From assembly GCF_009914755.1 (NCBI RefSeq), contig NC_060948.1: a stretch of 64,000 nt of DNA; one strand, given 5' to 3'. How positions within the stretch are numbered: the stretch's first letter is position 1; every line of letters begins with the position of its first letter. The translations under genes and the position numbers were made by a program. Positions 55,001-64,000 of the stretch are shown piece after piece. Below the pieces are notes generated by a model that worked only from the letters and a program-made list of their open reading frames with translations, was not told the origin of the DNA and ran no database searches. Origin of the DNA: the human T2T-CHM13v2.0 reference genome, Homo sapiens.

Positions 55001-57786
55001 CTGAATAGACCAATAAAAAGTTCTGAAGTTGAGGCAGTAATTACTAGCCTACCAACCAAAAACGGCACAGAATCAGGCAGATTCACAGTCGAATTCTACC
55101 AGAGGTACAAAGGGTAGCTGGTACCACTACTTCTAAAACTATTACAAACAATAGAAAAAGAGGGATTCATCCCTAACTCATTATATGAGGCCAGCATCAT
55201 CCTGATATTAAATCCTGACAGAGACACAACAAAAAAATAAAAATAGAATTTCAGGCCAATATCCCTGATGAACATCGATGCAAAAATCATTAATTAAAAT
55301 ACTGGCAAACCGAATCCAGCAGCCCTTTACAAAGCTTATCCATGATGATCAAGTCTGGTTCATCCCTGAGATGCAAGGCTGATTTAACAAGGGCAAATCA
55401 ATAACATAATCCATTGCATAAACAGAACCAAAGACAAAAACCACATGATATCTCTATAGATGCAGAAAAGGCCTTCGGTAAAAATTCAACATCCTTTTAT
55501 GCTAAAAATTCTCAAAAAATTAGGTATTGATGGAATATATCTCAAAATATTAAGAGATATTTATGACAAACCCACACCCAATATCATACTGAATGGGCAA
55601 AAGATGGAAGCATTTCATTTGATAACTGGCACAAGACAAAGATGCCCTCTCTCAAAACTCCTATTCAACATAATATTGGAAGTTCTGGCCATGGCAATCA
55701 AGCAAGAGAAAGAAATAAAGGATATTCAAATAGGAAGAGAGGAAGTCAAATTGTCTCTGTTTGCAGATGACATGATTGTATATTTAGAAAAACCCATCAT
55801 CTGAGCCCCAAATCTCCTTAAGCCAATAAGTAACTTCAGCAAAGTCTGAGGATACAAAATCAATGTGCAAAAAATCACAAACATTCCTGCACACCAATTG
55901 TAGACAAACAGAGAGCCAAATCATGAGTGAACTCCCATTCACAATTGCTGCAAAGGGAATAAAATACCTGGGAATAAAACTTAAAAGGGATGTGAAGGAC
56001 CTCTTCAAGGAGAACTGCAAACCACTGCTCAAGGGAACAAGAGAGGACACAAACAAATGGAAAAACATCCCATGCTCATGGATAGGAAGAATCAATATTG
56101 TGGAATTGGCCATACTGCACAAAGTAATTCCTAGATTCAGTCCTCTCCCCGTCAAGCTACCACTGACTTTCTTCACAGAATTAGAAAAAAAAAACTACCT
56201 TAAATTTCATAAGGAAACAAAAATGAGCCCATATATACAATCCTAAGCAGAAAAAAAATAGCTGCAGGCATCACCTTACCTGACTTCAAACTATAGTACA
56301 AGGCCATAGTAACCAAAACAGCATGGTTCTCATACCAAAACAGATGTATCGATTAGTGGAACAGAACAGAGGCCTCAGAAATAATGCCACACATCTACAA
56401 CCATCTGATCTTTGACAAACCTGACAAAAACAAGCAATGGGGAAAGGATTTCCTAATTAATAAATGGTGTTGGGAAAACTGGCAAGCCATATGCGGAAAA
56501 CAGAAACTGGACCCCTTCTTTACACCTTTTACAAAAATTAACTCAAGATGGAGTAAAGACTTAAACATGAGACTTAAAACCTCTTTTAAGGACCCACAGC
56601 ATTTCTGAGCATCAACACATTCATCATCAACCCAAAACCATGGAGGCAGAAGGAGGGAAAGCATTTGAAAAACTAGAAGAAAATCTAGGCAGTACCATTT
56701 AGGACATAGACATGGACAAAGAAAATACTTCATGACTAAAACACCAAAAGCAATGGCAACAGAAGCCAAAATTGACAACTGGGATCTGATTAAACTAAAA
56801 AGCTTCTGCACAGCAAAAGGAACTATTACCAGAGTGAACAGGCAACCTACAGAACGGGAGAACAAATTTGCAATCTATCCATTTCACCAAGGGCTAATAT
56901 CCAGAATCTAAAAGGAACTTAAACAAATGTACACACACAAAAAATCAAACAACCCATCAAAAATTGGGAGAAGGACATGAACAGACACTTCTCAAAAGAA
57001 GACGTAAGTGCAGCCAACAAGCATATGAAAAAAAGCTAATCATCACTTGTCATTAGAGAAATGCAAACCAAAACCACAATGAGATACCATCTCATGCCAG
57101 TTAGAATGGCAATCATTAAAAAGTCAGGAAACAACAAGTTCTGGAGAGGATGTGGAGAAGTAGGAATGCTTTTACACTGTTTGTGGGAGTGTAAATTAGT
57201 TCATCCATTGTGGAAGACAATGTGGTGATTCCTCAAGGATCTGGAACAAAAAATACCATTTGACCCAGCAATTCCATTACTGGGTATATACCTAAAGGAT
57301 TATAAATCATTCTACCTTAAAGAACATGCACATGTATGTTTATTGTGGCCCTGTTCACAATAGCAAACACTTGAACCAACCCACATGTCCATCAATGATA
57401 GACTACTTAAAGAAATGTGGCACATATACACCAGGGACTACTATGCAGCCATAAAAAAGATGAGTTCATGTCTTTTGCAGGGACATGGATGAAGCTGCAA
57501 ACTATGTTCTCAGCAAACTAACACAGGAGCAGAAACCAAACACTCTTATGTTCTCAGTCATAAGTGGGAGTTGAACAAGGAGAACACATGGACACAGGAA
57601 GGGGAACATCACGCACCCGGGCTTGTCAGGGCTTAGGGGTTAGGGGAGGAATAGCGTCAGGAGAAATACCTATGTAGATGATAGCTTGATGGGTGCAAGA
57701 AACCACCATGGCACGGTATATATACCTCTGTAACAAGCCTGCATATTCTGCACATGTATCCCAGAACTTAAAGTATAAGAAAAAAA
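52047..57786 (+). mobile_element. Near-full-length decayed L1PA7/PA8: 5'UTR, disrupted ORF1 (about 53210-54230), disrupted ORF2 (about 54290-57420) with endonuclease-region deletion, 3'UTR and A tail
   Basis: L1 5'UTR text; RT motif [12 protein letters not shown] (ORF 55460-55804) and [17 protein letters not shown]; 3' end CTGCACATGTATCCCAGAACTTAAAGTATAA. Many stops and frameshifts. Confidence 0.93.
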
Positions 57787-58794
57787 TATGTAAACAAATT
57801 ATAATAGGAAAATGTCATATTCATATTATGAATATGTACTTCAAATTAGCTGTTGAATAAAATTAATGAAGTCACTTAAAAAATAAAATGCAGGTTATTC
57901 TGGAGGGTATTAAATATTTATCAGTAACTATCATTTGTTAAAAACCAGGTATCCCCAATATGTTACTGGATGTGTGAGAAAGAGTTTCTGGAGACGTATT
58001 TTGGGGAGTCCACTACAACTGATGAATTTCATCTCTTCTTTGTCTCTCTGTCTCTGACTCTGACACTCTCTGCCTCTCACTGATTGCTTCTCTCTGTCTT
58101 TACATACACACACACACACACACCATACACAGAATATTTCAGAAATTCTCAACACACACCACCAGTAAGTAATGCCAACAATTAGATTATAAAACTGGCA
58201 GTAATTTTCTTTCAATGCGGCTTTCTATTTCATTATGTCACAAATACCAAAGTAACAGGTGGACAATCAGGATACATTCTGTCATGTTTACATTATGTAA
58301 TAACTAATCTAAAACAAATGCCCAGTGGAGGGTTTCTTAGCTTTCTGTCAGTTTTTCAAATGTTTTCCCTCTTCCTGCCTCCCTGGTCTCAGGTTGGCGA
58401 TGCATGTGCTGGTGCTCAGAGATGCTATGGGTCCTTAGAAGGGGTTTTGAGCTGGGGCATAGATGATTATTTCCAAAGCAGTCTGCCAAACCCTCAGTTC
58501 CTGTAATTCTACACATTTTCAGGCAATCGAAACACAATGAGAAAGATAGTTTGGGTGGTTCTCGGATTGCAAACTTAGGCAGCCACAGTCTCAACTAGCA
58601 ATACTAATTTTTCTCATCCTTTCCATTTCTACCCAGTGTATAATTTATATAAATTTCCTCTGCAAACCAAAAAAATGAACTATTCCTTATTTTATGATGT
58701 TATGAATGTGTCTGTGTCTTAGACTATAACTGTTGGCATAGAAACCAGCTTATGCTTCTATAACTTTTGTTGTATGATCTTTAAAATTTTGACT

Positions 58795-59055
58795 TGCTGG
58801 TAAATATAAATATAAATATAGAAATAAATATAAATATAAATATATTTGCCTGAGTGTCAAAATTATATATATAAAATGTATGACTGTGTGTATATATACA
58901 CAAATATTTTATGTAGATTATATATATAATGTAATGTAAAACATATATTACATCATATATTACGGATTAGCTATATATAACATATTTGTTTTATATTTAT
59001 ATTTATATATTATGTAATGTATAATATATATTTTATATAATTATATATATATAAT
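58795..59055. repeat. TA-rich low-complexity repeat
   Basis: Direct reading. Confidence 0.8.
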
Positions 59056-60202
59056 TTCATTAGTTGTATCATTTTCTCCAGTTTGATTTCCAGTGGTGCA
59101 GAACATTTTATTCATATTCCTGATACCAGGAAAGGGTGCATATTGACAGTGCAACTCAAGTAAAATATTTAGAAGACACATGGCTATAATTAGTTACTTG
59201 CATTTTTCCTGAAAGCTTTTCATGGTATTGCCTATTTAAGAATATCTTGCTTTGCTTTCTGAGCAAATAAACTACACTAGCAGCATTTCTTGAATCTCTT
59301 TGATCTGTGTGGTGTGTTGGTGTGGTTTTACACAGGATTTTGCCTATTTTTTTTTAAGTGTGGATATTCCTCCTTTTATCTTTTAACAAATATTGAAATA
59401 TTTTAAAATTTTTAATACTAGTCTCATTAGGAATGAGAGTTTCCTATAATTTTCCTGGGGTAATGTTATACAATTCATTTCTTAAAAAAATACTTCTTAA
59501 ATTTTGTTAATGTTCTGATTATTTTTCTGTCATTATTTTGGCACTTTGTATTGTTACATTATGATTCCATATCCTCCTTTGATTCCAGCACTGAGAATTG
59601 GTTTTCATTTCTATGAACTCATTACTGAGGTCCTTGTTTCTTTTGAGATATTAAACTTGACCCTGATTTTTTTTCTTCCCTGTGAGAGTGGAAATTATCA
59701 TTCTTTTCTACTGGTTCAGCAAAAAAGAAATGCTACTTCCTAAAGAATATATTTTTTCTATGATTAAATATGTTTTAGATAAAACAAAAGCTTTTTACAT
59801 CTGTCCATAAAGTGTAGGTTTTGAAATTCTCATTGGTGATAGCTATGTTTATTTTCTTACCTGACACATCAGCTACCACAGTTAAATTCGGTGAACTATT
59901 TCTGTATCACTTACTGATGAAGAAATAAATGGCTGTCTCATGTTGGTAAGTGTATTGCTGTTCCACAATCTGAATATATTTTGCTTAAACCTTGAGGTGT
60001 TACCACATGGTAAGGATTTTAAAATCACACTCAGATCATAATAGTAGTTATCTACTTTCAATGTTGTAAAGTCAGATATACCATTGCAAGTTTAAAAACA
60101 GAGAGTACTTTGTAGTTTAAGTATCTGATTTACCTTGATAAACACTTTCATCAATTTTGAGAGCATATACAAGCTATATTCTGCTCTTAAATTTTCAAGG
60201 TT

Positions 60203-60320
60203 TGGGGGTGTGGGGGAGAGTGGGAAGGGGAAGGAGGAGAGGGTGAGTGTGAGGGGGGAAGAGGGAGGGAGGAAGAGAGGAAGAGAGAGAGAGATAGACA
60301 GAGAGAGACAGAGAGAGAAA
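60203..60320. repeat. GA-rich polypurine tract
   Basis: Direct reading. Confidence 0.8.
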
Positions 60321-60366
60321 TTGCCGTGGTTCATGGAGCCATCTAGCTACAAATGTCAGTTTATGA

Positions 60367-60659
60367 GACCAGACACAATGGCTCATGCCTGTAATCCCAG
60401 CACTTTGGGATGTTGAGGCAGGAGGAATACTTGAGCCCAGGAGTTTGAGATCAGATTGGGCAACATAGTGAGACCCCATCTTTTCAAAAAATAAAAAATA
60501 TAAAAAATTATTCAGGTGTGGTGGTGCCTGCCTGTAGTCCCAACTACTTGAGAGGCTAAGCCTGGAGGATCATTGAGCCCTGGAGTTGGAGGTTGCAGTG
60601 AGCTATGATTGCACCACTGCATTCCAGCCTGGGTGACAGCACAAAACCCTGTCTCTGTA

Positions 60660-60704
<45 letters not shown>
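60367..60704 (+). mobile_element. AluJ with (AAAT)11 tail (60661-60704)
   Basis: CTTGAGCCCAGGAGTTTGAGA..GTGAGCTATGATTGCACCACTGC. Confidence 0.9.
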
Positions 60705-60706
<2 letters not shown>

Positions 60707-61542
60707 CTATGTATGTTCTTTCCAGCTTTTCATAGTCCCCCAAAGCCTTGCAGCCTTCCAAAACTTGATTTTCTTCTAAATTTCTCAGAAAATTGAGGGG
60801 AAAATAGCACTTAGAATTTGACGACAGCTGTCTACATCACCTGGAATCTCTGGCAGAACACCAATTCAGTCTCTTCTTTGAGCTTCACAACGCAGGCATA
60901 TATTACAATTTTATTAGGTTGAGCACATATGGCCTTTACCCTCAGGAGTTCCTCCATAGTTCCTCCATGCTAATCTCCGTAGAGAGAGGCATTTCTCCAC
61001 TTTTATTCAAATTAACAGCCCATAAAAGAAAAGACATCTTAAAGGCTGCAGCCTCTCTGGGACTTGCATGGGGCGTCTCCTATTATTGTGCATAATGCTG
61101 TGCTGAAATACAGGTCAAATACTCTAACATCCTTTTGCTCATTATATGAACATTATGCATATTGCAGTTTGAAACTAGGAAGAGAGAAGAGCAATATTAC
61201 AGGCGAACATGAATGCATCAGAATATGATAACTTTAAATTAGAAGAGAAGGCTCTCAATTTTGAATTCTCAGTGTTTCTCTTCTAATACACACAATGATG
61301 TCTTTCACATGATTTTAATTTTGATTATTATGGATAAATAATAGATGTATATATGTATGCAGTGTTTTCCCACAGGTGTGAAATGTGTAATAATCAAGTC
61401 ACAGTAGTTGCAGCATTTATTACGGCAGGTATTTATTCCTTCTCTGTGTTAAGAGCATTCCAGCTCTACTCTTTAGTTATTTTAAAATACACAACAAATT
61501 ATTTTTATTGAATCACTCTGCTATGCTACCAAATAGTAGATT

Positions 61543-61830
61543 TTTTTCTTTTTTGAGACAGAGTCTGGCTTTGTCGCCCAGGCTGGAGTGCAGTTTTGTG
61601 ATCTTAGCTCACTGCCACCTCGATCTCCTGGGCTCAAGCAATCCTTCCACCTTAGCCTCCTGAGTAGCTGAGGTGACAGGCCCATGACACCATGCCCAGC
61701 TAATTAGTATCATTTTTAATTTTGTACAGATGAGGTCTCACTGTGTTGCCCAGGCTGGTCTCAAATTCCTGAGCTCAAATGATCCTCCTGCCTTGATCTC
61801 CCAATATGCTCATATTTCAGATGTGAAACT
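61543..61830 (-). mobile_element. AluJ, adjacent to a short antisense L1MA 3' remnant (about 61320-61520)
   Basis: GAGACAGAGTCTGGCTTTGTCGCCCAGGCTGG..CCTGAGCTCAAATGATCCTCC. Confidence 0.85.
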
Positions 61831-62149
61831 CTGCCCAGCTGATAGGAATCTTTCATAGAGTTTCCCAATAACTGAGCTTTCAAAGATTTTGGATAGCGAC
61901 TGAGATAGTGCAAAGATCTCTCTAAATAACAAGTCTGACCAGGGACCTTGTGTTACTTATATGAATACACTGAGGTTGCTGTCTGTCTCTTTGTTAATGT
62001 ATAAGCAGAGAATGGTATATTGATGCTTATCAGATTTTCAGTTTAATATTGAAGCATTACAAATTAAAATATAAGGTGTGGGATACATGCAATTTTACTT
62101 TAGGGGTATGCAAAACCTGAGGGCCCCCAAAGCAGAAGAAGGCATTCAG

Positions 62150-62290
62150 CCCCTACTCTGCATTTCCTCCCTCCTGAGTTGCCAGCCAGCCAGCCAGCCT
62201 GTCTTACAGATTCCAGACTTGCCAGTTCCCAGATTGCGTGAGTCAATTCCTTAAAATAGATCGATCTAATAAATTTATCCTATATTGGTG
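62150..62290 (+). mobile_element. MLT2-like LTR 3' remnant
   Basis: CAGATTCCAGACTTGCCAG..GCGTGAGTCAATTCCTTAAAATA..TCCTATATTGGT. Confidence 0.5.
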
Positions 62291-63074
62291 AACAAATTTA
62301 GCACAGAACTTTGATATATATTAGTACCACTTATTATTTTTAGAAAAGTTGGAATTTGAATAACTTATACCAAAGTTTAATTCGTCATCTGGTGTGTATG
62401 TTATAAATGCACACCCACTCACAGAGACCTATTCATGGCCTCACATAAAAATAGGCAATAGATACAGGAAAAGACAGGCAGCCATAGAAGGTCTTAGATA
62501 AGAAACCCCATCCTTCGCACACTCACTCAAGAACGTTGTTCCCAACTTCTACATCTTTTGTAGTTTATATCCACTGGGCACCCCTAACATCCATCCACAT
62601 TCTTTCATTTATCCCATTTGGAAATAAGCATCTGACCTGCACTTTCTCTGCCTGATGTGGCTGTATGTCTTTGTTTCTCTAGCAACCATCTGCTCGTCTT
62701 CCAAGAGTCCTCACTGATCACATCTCAACTCCTCTTCACCTATCCTTTCTTAAATCCACTCCACTTCACCAAACTCCTCTTGCCAATTATACAATTGGAT
62801 CTTAGGCCCCACAAAAGTGGAGCTACTATTCCTAATGTTCCTAAAAAATGACCATTCTGCATTTTCCCTCCAATCTCCACTGCCTCTATTTTTGGAAAAA
62901 AATTTCATCTTTGAAAAAGCATTTAAGACCAACTTTTTTTCCCACTCTGGTGGGAAAAGAAATATTGCTGAATGCAGAGGACAACTACATGAATTCATAC
63001 TACTTGCTCTGGCAATATTCCCAGATCCTTATCCTGGAGCATTTGTGGTAGTTGGGAGGATGGATTTTCTAGCA

Positions 63075-63455
63075 GTATATAGACTGAATGTGTATGTCCC
63101 CCAAAAATTCATATGTTGAAACCTAGTCCTCAACTGTGTAGGTATTTGGAAGTGGGGCTTTGGGAGGTAATAAGGCCATGAGAGTGGAGCCCCATGAGTG
63201 GAATTCCTACCATTACAAAAGGGTCCCCAGAATTCCTACCATTACAAAAGGCGCCATTGCAAAAGACACCCTCATCCCTTTTACCATGTGAGGACACAGC
63301 GAGAAGGTGCTGTCTATGACCCAGAAAGTGAGTCCTCACCAGCCACTGAATCTGCCTTGATCTTGGACTTCTGGTGTCCAGAACTGTGATCAGTTTTTGT
63401 TTTTTACAAACCATGGGTACAGTCTTTTGTTTTAGCAGCCAAAGCAGGTAAGATA
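63075..63455 (+). mobile_element. MLT1A-type MaLR solo LTR
   Basis: GACTGAATGTGTATGTCCCCCAAAAATTCATATGTTGAAACC..CCATGTGAGGACACAGCGAGAAGG..TTGATCTTGGACTTC. Confidence 0.82.
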
Positions 63456-64000
63456 GGTGATGCTGGAAAGTAATGGAGATGTCCACAAACACCCTGAATC
63501 ATGTACTGCTTCCCAACCCCCTGTCCTCCTAGCAGAGACAGCAGGAAAAAGAAGGCTTACTTCCTCCAGATTTGATGCTCTTCTACCCACAGTAATGACA
63601 GACAGGTTGCCTTATATTTTTATTGTGTTTGGTTCATCTGATCAATTCACAAATTGCTCAAATGTCAGAAAAATGGGTCAAAGGGCCAGTTTGGATTTCT
63701 GTGGTAGAAAAAGAAAATGCAAAAGACTAGATCCTGGTGTATTCCTAGACTGTAAGAAAGTTCTTATTTTACAAAGCCATAAATAAATATGACATTTCTG
63801 GTGCCTGAGAATTTGAGGCAGGTAGTACTCCCGTGAAGTAAGATAATGTCTTATGTAAAATAATAAATTCATTCAAAACCATGGGAATCATTGTAACTTT
63901 CATTGTCAAGAAAGAAACACATAATTTTGGATGTAGGTGAACACTAATTATTAAAGATGATTGTTCTCAGAACAAGTTTATTCCGATTTGTAGCTACAGC

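Noticed and set aside
53210-57420. Active L1 ORF1/ORF2 or a novel reverse-transcriptase system
   Set aside because: Ordinary L1 sequence with many stops, frameshifts and an endonuclease-region deletion.
58795-59055. AT-rich palindrome or cruciform (also 39385-39534 and 25130-25560)
   Set aside because: Self-complementarity is expected from TA low complexity; no long specific arms seen.

Overview
Human (primate) genomic DNA: AT-rich, repeat-dense and almost entirely intronic. It lies inside a neuroligin-4 gene on the + strand, most likely the Y-linked copy NLGN4Y. Coding content found: a 60-nt site-A (A2-type) cassette exon at 2114-2173; the 153-nt carboxylesterase-domain exon at 5751-5903 ([23 protein letters not shown]...RLGILG); an alternative terminal exon at 16088-16173 with a diverged second copy at 17138-17274; and a candidate in-frame 111-nt cassette exon at 31255-31365. 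The next constitutive exon (GFLSTGDQ...) was not seen. The rest is Alus (one a near-consensus AluYa5), old L1 fragments, a near-full-length decayed L1PA7/8, LTR elements, DNA-transposon relics and microsatellites. The most unusual structures are: (i) a ~205-bp direct duplication of the terminal-exon cassette that abuts both ends of a solo LTR, with both copies starting AG|GTATG; (ii) a non-Alu inverted repeat with ~190-bp arms just upstream of it; and (iii) two templated inversions inside the L1. No prokaryotic-type system, CRISPR array or RNA gene was seen. Repeat subfamily names and the X/Y call rest on recalled consensus sequences, and repeat boundaries are approximate.
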